Assembly: GCA_963845755.1 (NCBI GenBank)
Contig: CAWJTV010000001.1
Coordinates: 128,001-192,000, forward strand
Direction of reading: 5' to 3'
Length of the DNA stretch: 64,000 nucleotides
From: an uncultured Planctomycetota bacterium
GTDB lineage: Bacteria; Planctomycetota; Planctomycetia; Isosphaerales; Isosphaeraceae
Shown here: positions 51,801 through 62,559 of the stretch, one piece after another
Position numbering within the stretch: the stretch's first letter is position 1
How the letters are laid out: each line of letters opens with the position of its first letter
Translations under genes and position numbers: made by a program
The notes under the pieces: model-generated
Database searches by the model: none
The model's input: only the letters and a program-made list of their open reading frames with translations
Told to the model about the DNA's origin: nothing

Positions 51801-53037
51801 CGTCGAGCTCCTGCTTGTCCTGGGCGTACTTCTTCTTGATGGCCTCGACGAGGGGCGGGTACTTCGCGTTGACCTTCTTGAGGTCCTCGTCGCGCTTCTG
51901 GCGGATCTGTTCGGCCTTGGCGGGGAACTTCTCGTCGGCGGCCTTGCGCTGGTCCTCGCGGCGCTGCTGGGCCTCGCCCACCAGCCGATTCATGGTCTCC
52001 TCGGCCTCGCGGACCCGGTTGGTCCGCCGATCCTCGAACTCCTTGATCTTCGCCTCGTACTCCTTCTTGACCCAATCCTGGTTCTGCTCGACGAGCTGCT
52101 CGGCCTCCTCGAGGCTCTTCCGGAGCGGGACGGCGTGGCGCTGCACGCGCGGTTTGGCCATCGAAGCCAGGCCGAGATAGGCCCCCACGCCGGCTCCGAT
52201 CGCGGCGATACCCCCCGCAATGCCGGCTCCGGTCCAGCCGATCGCCGTCTGGGTGCCCAGCGCGGCGGCAATGCCGCCGCCCAGGAGCAGGAATGGCCAG
52301 ACAAAGGTCTGGGGTTGCAGGAACTTGGGGAGCTTGAGCGCGTCGAGGGCCGCCAGGTCATCCACCATCCGGATCAGGTCGAGCCGGAGCCGCGAGAGAG
52401 GATCATCGCCGGTGGGGAGTTCCGGCGCTTCGGTCGGAGCGTCTCCGTCAGTCGTCGCCTCGCTCTCCGGCGGAGGGGCCACGACCGGCTCGGCCGCGCG
52501 GGCCGCCAGGATCGCCTCCGCCTCCTCGGGAGTGGCCAGCGACAGCCGGCCGCACCGCTTGAGCAGGTATTTCGCCTCTTCCTGACGGACATGCAGCTCC
52601 TCGATCGCGACCGACCAGTTGGCCTCGGTCGCACGCCGCCACTTGGTCCCCTCGTCGCGCGTCCCCTCGAAGACCGTCAGCGCGTGCCAGCCGGTCTCCT
52701 CCTTGGCCTTCTTGGCCTTGCGCTGCTCCTTCTTGAACTGGTCGTCGATCTGCTGCTTGGTCTGCGCGTACTGGGCATCACACGCCTGGGCATCGCGCTG
52801 GTACGTCTGGAGGGCCGATTGGCGCGCCCGGGCATACTCGGACTCCATGCTCTCGAGGTCAACCTTGAACTTGGAGGCAAGCTGATGAGAAGCCGCCTGG
52901 CACTCCTTCTCTTCCCGGTCGATCCGGCGGCGGAACCCGGTCTCGGTGTCCGTCTCGTCCTTGGCCCGGGCCGCGATCAACGCTTCCAGGTCGTTCAGCG
53001 AGGTTGTCTCGATTTGGACAAGTGGCGACTCAGGCAT
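48855..53037 (-). CDS. FtsK/SpoIIIE-family, EccC/EssC-like ATPase with coiled coils, TM hairpin and three ATPase-like domains (frameshift ~49880)
   Basis: HALTSGKTGSGKS, LIDFKKGVEF, LVIDEFQEF, RQGRAFGMH; degenerate flanking domains (IIDPVGLG; DGPPLGIH). Confidence 0.9.
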
Positions 53038-53225
53038 GGTGCGTGGTCCTGGTGTTGTCGTGAGCGGCGAGTCGCGAGTCGTGGCAACGGACAAGTAAGA
53101 CGATGCCTCACGTCCCGAGGAACGTCGATCGGGCCTGTTGGGTGGGATCGTGAGACCCGCATTCAACGTGACCGGCCGGTCCTGGATGGTTTCAGATTCG
53201 CCCTTCGCCATTCACCGATACGATG

Positions 53226-53438
53226 TCAATCTTCCTTACACTGAGCACGGATCTTCCCCAGGGTTTCCGAGAGCTTTTCCATGCCAATCATCGCATGCTT
53301 GGCGTGCTGCTCGAGGGGAATGATGTGGTTCTTTTCGAAATCACGCGCGTTGGCGTCGGCCCAGGTCTCCTTGGCGATGTCCCACTGTTCGCGCAAGTGT
53401 TTGAGGGCATGTTGCAGCCGTCCCGACTGAGCGCTCAT
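53226..53438 (-). CDS. Small WXG100-like helical protein
   Basis: 70 aa; LREQWDIAKETWADANARDFE, helix-turn-helix pattern with central W-x-D. Confidence 0.75.
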   Translation of the reverse strand: MSAQSGRLQHALKHLREQWDIAKETWADANARDFEKNHIIPLEQHAKHAMIGMEKLSETLGKIRAQCKED

Positions 53439-53590
53439 TTTCGTAGTCCTTAGGTCCGTGTGTCCTTGAGAAGATCGCGGATGCCGTCCTTCCGGTTCCC
53501 GGTCGTCGGCAAGTACCTGAGCAGCCCGCGGATGCCACCTGGCGTCACTCGCGGACGGACCGACTCAAGGATTCGAGTTGGCCGGCTGGG

Positions 53591-54215
53591 TTACCGCTCC
53601 CGGAGTCGTTGCCGTTGCGGCTTCATCGTTCTGCTGGCCGTCGGTCGAGTCGGCCGTGGCCGTGGCAGCCGCGCTGCCCGCGGCCGTCGGCGCCGTGGAG
53701 GTCGTGCCGGCCGGCTCGTTCCGGGCGCCGTGGGTACGGCCGTCGCCAGGTAGGCTTCCAACGACCGGGTCATCTTCTCCAGCGCGGCCACCGAGCGATC
53801 AAAGCCGCCAGCGAGGTGGTCGCCCAGCGGTTGGGAGTGGGAATGATACTCGGCGATCGCGTGGTGAAGCATCGGGATCAGCTTCTTCACCAGCGCCACC
53901 TTCTCCTCGGCCACCCGGAGACGCCGCTGCGCCTCGCGCAGCGCCTCCTTCTGGTCGGCGTCGGAGACCGCCTCGCTCCCCTGCTGCGAGATCTTGCGGC
54001 GGTGCAGATCCGCTCGCGCCTGCATCAACTCCTCCTGCCGGCGTTTGATCTGCGCCTGCCAGTAGCCGAGCTGGTCCCGCTCGAGCCAGTCGCGCATCCG
54101 CCGCAGTTCCATGTCCACGCCACTAAGCGAGTTGCGCATCTTCCGCGAAGATGATCATCGCGTTCTTGAAGTCTTTGAGCGTCTGGACAGACAACACATT
54201 GGCAGTTCGGCTCAT
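53591..54215 (-). CDS. Coiled-coil protein of the WXG100 operon (frameshift ~54140; 3' end uncertain)
   Basis: MSRTANVLSVQTLKDFKNAMIIFAED + RNSLSGVDMELRRMRDWLERDQLGYWQAQIKRR...LEAYLA. Confidence 0.75.
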
Positions 54216-54217
54216 GC

Positions 54218-54399
54218 TTCTTTGTCCTTGGGTCCTGGAGCCCTTGAGTCCTGGAGTCTTCGAGTTCCTGTCCCTTGCCGTGATTGGCCACGCCATCGCC
54301 TGATGGCTTCATCGTGACCGCCGTCGCCGGCATGTCCCGACTCGCAGGCGATCCGAGCCGACAAGGGACCGAGGACTCGAGGACCCAAGGAATTAAGAA
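54218..54399. repeat. Inverted repeat built from 8-mer units (GGACTCGA/GGACCCAA)
   Basis: TCCTTGGGTCCT pairs with AGGACCCAAGGA, and GTCCCTTG with CAAGGGAC. Confidence 0.6.
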
Positions 54400-54402
54400 C
54401 AT

Positions 54403-54675
54403 TTACCGCTGTTGCAGGTACTCCTCGATGCGTTCCGCCTTGCGGAGCAAGAACGGGATGTGCTGATTGGTCGAGTCGACGAACCGCTTGACCACCTGGA
54501 GGGTCTGCTCGAATTCCTCGACGAACTTGTCGTGCTCTCGGTCGCGCCAGGACTGGCTCAGGCCGCTGAGCTGACCGTGCAACGTGGTCAACTGGGTCAT
54601 CATTTCATTGTTGAACTGCTTGAGCCGGGCGGCGAATCGGCGGAGTTCTTCCGGGTTGACGATGGCTTGAGCCAT
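54403..54675 (-). CDS. WXG100 (ESAT-6/EsxA-like) protein
   Basis: 90 aa MAQAIVNPEELRRFAARLKQF...LSQSWRDREHDKFVEEF...LRKAERIEEYL; RBS GAGG. Confidence 0.88.
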   Translation of the reverse strand: MAQAIVNPEELRRFAARLKQFNNEMMTQLTTLHGQLSGLSQSWRDREHDKFVEEFEQTLQVVKRFVDSTNQHIPFLLRKAERIEEYLQQR

Positions 54676-55443
54676 TTCGTGCCTCACTTCCGCGACGGGA
54701 ACGGGTGAATTCCACGCGACGCCGCCGCGCCGGCAGTCTGCTGCGACGACCGCATTCCACGCGATGCAACGTCGTGACTTGTTTCTCTCGATGGTATTCG
54801 CCGCGACGCTGGCTGTAAAGTCGCGCGTCTCCTGAACAGCGCCGTACCCCCATTCCGCGAGCCCCCTCCTTGACTCCCCTTCCCGCCGCCGTGACGCCGT
54901 GACGACATCCGAGTCCGACTGCGATCTCGACCCGACCAAGAATCGGCGTTTTCCCATGTCACCTGCGGCAAGGTTAGCGCCTTGCCGGCACTTATCGCTC
55001 GCCCCATCCGATGCTTACAATCAAGCTGTATCGTATGCCGATAGGCTTAGGATTGCGATTTTGATGTCTTTTTAGTCCAGATCAGAGACATTCCACGGCG
55101 CTCTCTTGATGATTTGAAGAACGATTGCCCCCGTGTGCTGCCCCAAGAAAATCGTACGTTGTTTTTAGTGAACGCCACCAGGGATTTGGGGCAGGAAGAG
55201 GTAGCTTTTGCCTTGGAGATCCGGTAAACCATAGAACTCAGGTTTCGCACTGGTCTGGGCCGAGGGACGAGTTGCGCGATTCGCGACGAGCATCGATTTT
55301 CTGAAACGAGGCTGCCTTTTGGTTGCGTTTTCGAATGGATACGGCCGCTCGATCGCGGTAGGAGCCCATGTCCCATGACCATCCGAGCGCGGGACTTTGA
55401 GAATCCTTCAAGTTCACGTTTTGAGAAGAAGGAGTATTGCAGC

Positions 55444-56160
55444 ATGAAAAAACATCGGAGACTCCTCTGGAGTCTGGGCCTGAGTGCCTTGTTGGGCCTC
55501 ATGGCCGGTAACGCTCAAGCCGGATCGATCACGTTGAGCGTCGATCTGGGCGGAGTCGTGATTTTCACAGCGACTTCCGTGGCGCCGGATCAAACGGTCT
55601 CGGCGAATCTGATCGCATTGAACGCTGCTTTGACAGCGCACGGTTCGGCGTACCAGTTCTCGTCGCTCAGTACCAACAGCAACTATACTGGTGGCGCCTT
55701 CGGATCCTTGCAGACCAACGCCCAGATCAATACCTCGGGCGGCGGCACGACCACGGCCACTCTTTCGATTGACGCGAGCCAGGATGGTTTCCTCTCCCCG
55801 ACGGGCGTTAATGGATACCTGGTGAGTTCGTTGGCCGCGAATTCTTCCATCACGACATCGGGGACCCTGGCGTACACCAGCGACTATCAGGGGATTCCGT
55901 CAGCAACTTTGACGGCCACCGCGCCCGGAGTCGATTCCGCTATGACTCCGCCGCAGGCCGTCGGAGTGATCCCCCCGAGCTACTCGCTGTCGAACCATTT
56001 CTCGATCAACCTCGCCGATAATATCGGTACCTCGGTAGGTGCCACGGGCACGGCCACGCTCAACGCCATTCCCGAACCGGCGAGTGTTGTCATGATGTTG
56101 ACCAGCATGCCCGTGCCCTTCGTGGTCATGGGTCTTCTCCGCCGTAATCGCAAGGTCTGA
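55444..56160 (+). CDS. PEP-CTERM surface protein, paralog 1
   Basis: RBS AAGGAG; signal ending AQA; Ser/Thr-rich body; IPEPASVVMM...LLRRNRKV. Confidence 0.9.
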   Translation: MKKHRRLLWSLGLSALLGLMAGNAQAGSITLSVDLGGVVIFTATSVAPDQTVSANLIALNAALTAHGSAYQFSSLSTNSNYTGGAFGSLQTNAQINTSGGGTTTATLSIDASQDGFLSPTGVNGYLVSSLAANSSITTSGTLAYTSDYQGIPSATLTATAPGVDSAMTPPQAVGVIPPSYSLSNHFSINLADNIGTSVGATGTATLNAIPEPASVVMMLTSMPVPFVVMGLLRRNRKV

Positions 56161-56187
56161 ACGGCTTGATCGATCGATCTTAAGGGG

Positions 56188-56409
56188 CGGTGAGATGGCG
56201 CGGCCTTGAGGGCCGGGCCGAATTGCCGACTCTGTTGATGTCATTCAGACTGGCGGCGATTCATGGATGAATCGTCGCCTTTCTCGATTTTCTGAGATTC
56301 GGTGAGATGGCGCGACCTTGAGGGCCGGGCCGAATTGCCGACTCTGTTGATGTCATTCAGACTGGCGGCGATTCATGGATGAATCGTCGCCTTTCTCGAT
56401 TTTCTGAGA
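56188..56409. repeat. Tandem 112 bp duplication of the PEP-CTERM 3' UTR/terminator
   Basis: Near-identical units at 56188-56297 and 56300-56409; third copy at ~57380-57499. Confidence 0.85.
56252..56284 (+). terminator. Probable intrinsic terminator (repeated at ~56364)
   Basis: GGCGGCGATTCA-TGGA-TGAATCGTCGCC followed by a short T tract. Confidence 0.6.
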
Positions 56410-56633
56410 ACGGGCGCGGTAAGTTGGAAAGCTCCCCAGCTTGACACTTGACAAATGATGGGAGTCTGGGTGAAATGGGCGGTTGAGGCGAGGCCAAGGG
56501 GACAGCCGTCAACGGCCCAAGGGCAGGAGGTAGGCCCCGCCCATTGGCTTCCCAGTTTGCCCCCGTACTCGCTTCCTCAGCGGGACTTTGTGAATCCTTC
56601 GAGTTCAGTTTTGATATGAAGGAGTCTTGCACC

Positions 56634-57354
56634 ATGCAAAAGCGTCGGGGAGTTCTTCCGGGCCTCGCCCTGTGTGCCCTGGTCGCCCTCGGGGGTAGTC
56701 AGGCCGAGGCCGGATCGATCACGTTGAACGTCGATCTGGGCGGAGTCGTGATTTACACAGCGACTTCCGTGGCGCCGGATCAAACGGTCACGGCAAACGT
56801 GGCCGCACTGAACACAGCTTTGTTCAGCGCACGGTTCGGCGTACCAGTTCGATGGGATCAGTGCCAACAGCAACTATACCGGTGGCGCCGACGGATTCTT
56901 GCAGACCAACGCCCAGCTCTTTACCCCGGGCCCCGGCACGACCACGGCCACTCTTTCGATTGACGTGACCCAGAGTGGTTTCCTCTTACCGGCGGGCGAT
57001 GGAATCCTGGTGAGTTCGTTGGCTGCGAATTCTTCCGAGACGACAACGGGGACGGCAGCGTTCACCAGCGACTTTCAGGGGACGCCCTCACCAACTTTGA
57101 CGTTCACCGCGCCGGGAGTCTACTCCGCCATGACTACGCCGATGGCCGTCGGAGTGATCCCCTCGGGCTACACGCTGTCGAACCATTTCTTGATCAACAT
57201 CCCCATAAATCCCGATACCTCGCTAGGGGTCACGGGCACGACCACGCTCACCGTTACGACGATTCCCGAACCGGCGAGCGTTGTCATGATGTTGACCAGC
57301 ATGCCCGTGCCCTTCGTGGTCATGGGTCTTCTCCGCCGTAAGCGCAAGGTCTGA
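56634..57354 (+). CDS. PEP-CTERM surface protein, paralog 2 (frameshift ~56825)
   Basis: MQKRRGVLPGLAL...AEAGSITLNVDLGGVV; IPEPASVVMM...LLRRKRKV. Confidence 0.88.
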
Positions 57355-57448
57355 ACGGCTTGATCGATCGATCTCAAGGGGCGGTGATGAGATGGCGCGG
57401 CCTTGAGGGCCGGGCCGAATTGCCGACTCTGTTGATGTCATTCAGACT

Positions 57449-57499
57449 GGCGCCGATTCACGCCAGCCTTCGGGCTGGGATGAATCGTCGCCCTTTTTT
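57449..57499 (+). terminator. Intrinsic terminator with cUUCGg loop
   Basis: GGCG-C-CGATTCA..CCAGCC-TTCG-GGCTGG..TGAATCG-T-CGCC then TTTTTT. Confidence 0.75.
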
Positions 57500-58432
57500 G
57501 TTCTGTCTGGTAAGAATCCCACTTTCATCATGCCTCGACTTTCCGGTTCCTGCGGACGGTTCGATGCAATACCATTGAATGACTGATCACTCAAAGCTCA
57601 AGACCACCGTATCGATCCGGAGTGATTGCGCGGGGCCCCGGTTCGGCCCCTCATCCGTCCCGCGGGCACCCTTGGCCGAGACGCCTCCAGCTTGGCCCCG
57701 AGATACCCGAGAGTTCTCGGCAAGCCCCACGACGTCGGGGTGAGTGAGACCGCCGGCCGGCGGCGCCGATCGTGGCATAAAGTGGCACACTCTATCATAA
57801 ATGGGGAAGGTCCCCATCCCCGATCTCGTTGGCCGCAAGGGAGTTCGGGACGACCACCTGCCGGGTCGGTCCGGTCGGCTCTGGCGACGGGCCGATGGCC
57901 GAAAGCGACGAGTTCCGGCATTTCCTGACATGGGTTGTGATGACGCCTCGGACGCGACGGGGAACGGATCGTGCGAGCCTTCTACTATGAGGATGCCTCA
58001 ACTTTGGAATTTCGTTAATGCACCTATGCCGGAAGTTTCGGTTTTTCTCGACCGAACTCTCAACGGGAGTGGGAGATAAAATTTTTTTCAAAAAAATATT
58101 GGCTGTGGACTGCGCGGGGCCGTTGGCCTGCCGGGGGGCGGGAAAGGAGCGAACGACGGAGCGATTGGCCGCGAGGGCTCTCTCGAGGCCTGCGCCCCGG
58201 CGGCTGCCGTGACGGGCACGGCCATCGGTGGACTTCGGCGAGGACTTCCCTTTAGGGCGTTCGGAAACAAGGAAAGTGCTGCCAATGAACGAGTTCGGTA
58301 TCCGAAGCCGCGCCCCACGTCTTCACCTGCGTGGCATGCCGGCAGTGGTCGGCTTTCCGCCCGTTTGGCGACCTGAGCAGAAAACGGAGCGTCCGTTCTT
58401 CGATACGCGCTTAACTTAGGGATCGAGGAGTC

Positions 58433-58533
58433 TCACGCGGAGACGCGGAGCACGCGGAGTCCGACCGAGGCAGCCGAGGATCGGATTTCGCGTGCGATGA
58501 GTGGTTTCTCCGCGTCTCCGCGTCTCCGCGTGA
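58433..58533. repeat. Palindromic element with ACGCGGAG 8-mer arms
   Basis: TCACGCGGAGACGCGGAGCACGCGGAG ... CTCCGCGTCTCCGCGTCTCCGCGTGA. Confidence 0.7.
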
Positions 58534-58786
58534 AATGCGGATTGGGAACGAACCGCGTTGCGGTGCAACGGCGTTCGAGCGCTTGGAATCTTACTGAGCG
58601 GGGATCTGCGCCAAGGGTCGGATGCGAATGGGCCAGGACCGGCCAACCTGACCGGGGAGATGGTGTACCGTGACGTTTCACTCCCGTGTCGCCCCGGCGC
58701 ACTCAAGAGACCGCGACCGCGAGGTCTTGGCGGCTACGATCCCTTGAGCGATCGTCGATCGAGTTAACGAACGTCCGGGGCCGAGG

Positions 58787-61700
58787 TCACGACGTCCAGT
58801 ACCACAAGGAGGCGCCGGGGGCGGTGAAGTAGAGCGACGTGCCCATCACCACGAAGTTGGTCGGGATGTTGTTCGAGCCGGTCTTGAGGTTGGTGTCCAT
58901 CACCGTCCCGGACGACGTCCCGTCGCTCTGCCACACCTGGAAACCGCTCTTCGCCGTGTAGGCGGTGAAGTACAGCATCCCATTCATGGCGATCAGGTTG
59001 GTCACGTCGGCGGTCAACGTGCCGTTGATGTCGGTCACCATCGCTGTCCCGCCGGCCGTCCCGTTGCTCGACCACAACTGCTCGCCGTCCACACCGTTAT
59101 TGGCCGCGAAGAACAGCGTGTTGCCCACGGCCGTCAGATTCCCGGGACTCAGGCCCCCACCGCTGGCGTTGCCACTGCTGAGCATCGTCGCCGAGCCGCC
59201 GCTGAACGACCACAACTGCTCGCCGTCGGGCCCGTCGTTGGCCGCGAAGAACAGCGTGTTCCCCATCGCCGTCAACTGCGAGGGGTTCAAGCCCATCCCG
59301 GCGGCGCCGCCGCTGGTCAACCGCGTCGTCCCGCTGGACGTCCCGTTGCTCGACCACAACTGGAACCCGTGGGTCGGGTCGAAGCCGCTGAAATACAGGG
59401 TCCCCCCCACCGCGGTCAGGTACTGCGGGATTGTGCCGCCCCCGCTGGCGTTGCCGCTGCTGAGCATCGTCGTCCCGCTGGACGTCCCGTTGGTCTCCCA
59501 CAACTGCGAGCCGGCAGTCGAATTGCTGGCCTGGAAGTAGAGGACGCCGCCGGCGACGGTCAGCTCGCTGGGATAGGAGCCGGGCTCATTGTTGGCCCCG
59601 GGGATGTCGGCCACCATCGTGGTCCCGTTGGCGGTCCCGTCGCTCTTGAAGAGCTGGGTGCCATCGTTGAGGTCCAGGCCGGCGAAGTAGAGGGTGCCGT
59701 TGCCGTTGGTCAACTGGGACGGATAGAGGCCGAAGTTGGGGACGCCGTCGTTGCTGTCGGTGACGTAGCTGGTCCCGGCGGCGGTGCCGTTGCTCGACCA
59801 CAACTGGTCGCCGTGGGTCAGGTCGTCGGCGGCGAAATAGAGGGTCTTGCCGACGGCGGTGAGGTCCTTGGGATTGATACCGCCGTTGGTGTCGTTCGAG
59901 TTGGTGAGCTGGATGGTGCCATTGGCGGTGCCATTGGTCTCCCAGAGCTGGGAGCCATGGGTGGCGTCGTGGCCGACGAAGAAGAGCTCGCCGTTGATCG
60001 CCACCGGCGCCGACATGACCGTGGGGCCGAAATTGATGCCCGTCAAGGTCGGCGTGGGCGTGGGCGTCGGCGTGGGCGTGGGCGTGGGCGTCGGCGTGGG
60101 CGTCGGCGTCGGCGTCGTAACATTGATGGTCACCGCGTCGCTGGCGGTGGTGTAATCGGTGGTGTCCGTGGGCGTGAAGACGACCGAGAGAGTCTGGCCA
60201 TTGCCCGCGGGGAGGACGGTTCCTGCGGGCGGGGTGTACGTAAATTCCCCGGCCACGCTCCCCGACGTTCCGCCCACCTTCCAGGAGGATGTGGCGTCGA
60301 GCTGGGTGCTGCTCAGGGCCGTGCCGTAGACGATGCTGGCCGGGTTGGCCCAGGTGATGGTGGGCGTGGCCTGCGTCACGTTGATCGTCGCCGTGGCACT
60401 GGCGCTCTTGTAGTCCGTCGTGTCGGTGGGGTTGAAGGTGACCGACAGCGTCTGGCCTGTGCCCGCCTTGAGGATGGTTCCCGCGGCCGGTGAGTAGGTG
60501 AAGCTCCCGGCCACGCTCCCCGACGTTCCGCCCACCTTCCAGGAGGATGTGGCGTCGAGCTGGGTGCTGCTCAGGGCCGTGCCGTAGACGATGCTGGCCG
60601 GGTTGGCCCAGGTGATGGTGGGCGTGGCCTGCGTCACGTTGATCGTCGCCGTGGCACTGGCGCTCTTGTAGTCCGTCGTGTCGGTGGGGTTGAAGGTGAC
60701 CGACAGCGTCTGGCCCGTGCCCGCCTCGAGGATGGTTCCCGCGGCCGGTGAGTAGGTGAAGCTCCCGGCCACGCTCCCCGACGTTCCGCCCACCTTCCAG
60801 GAGGATGTGGCGTCGAGCTGGGTGCTGCTCAGGGCCGTGCCGTAGACGATGCTGGCCGGGTTGGCCCAGGTGATGGTGGGCGTGGCCTGCGTCACGTTGA
60901 TCGTCGCCGTGGCCGAGGCATCCGTGTAATCGGTGGTGTCGGTGGGCACGAAGAGGACCGAGAGCGACTGGCCGTTGCCCGCGCCGAGGACGGTGCCGGC
61001 AGCCGGGGTGTAGGTAAACTTCCCGGGCACGCTGGCTGTCGCGTCGAGCTGCGTGCTACTCAGTGCAGTGCCGTATGTGATGTTGGCCGGATTGGGCCAG
61101 GTGATCGTCGGCGTGATGGGTGTGGGCGTTGGTGTCGGTGTGGGCGTTGGTGTCGGCGTGGGCGTTGGTGTCGGTGTGGGCGTTGGTGTCGGTGTGGGCT
61201 GCCATTGCCACATCGACGCACCGGGGGCGGTGAAGTAGAGCGACGGGCTATTCGTCACGAAGTCGGTCGGGATGTTGTTCGAGCCGGTCTTGAGGTTGGT
61301 GTCCATCACCGTCCCGGACGACGTCCCGTCGCTCTGCCACACCTGGAAACCGCTCTTCGCCGTGTAGGCGGTGAAGTACAGCATCCCATTCATGGCGATC
61401 AGGTTGGTCACGTCGGCGGTCGATGTGCCGTTGATGTCGGTCACCATCGCTGTCCCACTGGCCGTCCCGTTGCTCGACCACAACTGCTCGCCGTCCACAC
61501 CGTTATTGGCCGCGAAGAACACCGTGTTGCCCACGGCCGTCAGATCCTCGGGACTCAGGCCCCCACCGCTGGCGTTGCCACTGCTGAGCATCGTCGCCGA
61601 GCCGCCGCTGAACGACCACAACTGGTCGCCGTCGGGCCCGTCGTTGGCCGCGAAGAACAGCGTGTTCCCCACCGCCGTCAACTGCGAGGGGTTCAAGCCC

Positions 61701-62559
61701 ATTCCGGCGGCGCCGCCGCTGGTCAACCGCGTCGTCCCGCTGGACGTCCCGTTGCTCGACCACAACTGGAACCCGTGGGTCGGGTCGAAGCCGCTGAAAT
61801 ACAGGGTCCCCCCCACCGCGGTCAGGTACTGCGGGATTGTGCCGCCCCCGCTGGCGTTGCCGCTGCTGAGCATCGTCGTCCCGCTGGACGTCCCGTTGGT
61901 CTCCCACAACTGCGAGCCGGCAGTCGAATTGCTGGCCTGGAAGTAGAGGACGCCGCCGGCGACGGTCAGCTCGCTGGGATAGGAGCCGGGCTCATTGTTG
62001 GCCCCGGGGATGTCGGCCACCATCGTGGTGCCCGCAGCAGTCCCGTTGCTCTTGAAGAGCTGGATGCCGTCGTTGAGGTCCAGGCCGGCGAAGTAGAGGG
62101 TGCCGTTGCCGTTGGTCAACTGGGACGGATAGAGGCCGAAGTTGGGGACGCCGTCGTTACTGTCGGTGACGTAGGTAGTCCCGTTGGCGGTGCCGTTGCT
62201 CGACCACAACTGGTCGCCGTGGGTGAGGTCGTCGGCGGCGAAATAGAGGGTCTTGCCGACGGCGGTGAGGTCCTTGGGATTGATACCACCGTTGGTGTCG
62301 TTCGAGTTGGTGAGCTGGATGGTGCCATTGGCGGTGCCATTGGTCTCCCAGAGCTGGGAGCCATGGGTGGCGTCGTGGCCGACGAAGAAGAGCTCGCCGT
62401 TGATCGCCACCGGCGCCGACATGACCGTGGGGCCGAAATTGATGGGGGTCGCGGTCAAGAGCTGGCGGCCTTCCAGGTCCTCGATCTGGATTCGCCGCGC
62501 GCGACCTTCCGCCTGCGGCTGCCGGGAGTGACGACGCGACGCCCGAGTTGCAGAAACAT
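58787..62559 (-). CDS. Large extracellular ELWxxDGT-repeat protein: two propeller blocks, (PT)n linkers, four Ig-like repeats (frameshift ~62495)
   Basis: RBS GAGGTG; MFLQLGRRVVTPGSRRRKVAR...IQIEDLEGRQLL (LEPRxLL-type leader); QLWxxNGT repeats; TPTITWANPASIVYGTALS repeats. Confidence 0.9.

Noticed and set aside
49690..53244. 1184 aa plus-strand ORF
   Set aside because: Antisense shadow of the FtsK gene caused by GC-rich codon bias; no recognisable motifs.
56188..56409. Possible CRISPR array
   Set aside because: Only two adjacent 112 bp units, no unique spacers and no cas genes.
57772..57790. Sigma54-like promoter TGGCATAAAGTGGCA
   Set aside because: GG-to-GC spacing is 9 nt, not the required 10.
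58240..58300. Resemblance to RNase P RNA or a c-di-GMP riboswitch (GGAAAGTGC)
   Set aside because: The other conserved elements were not found by eye.
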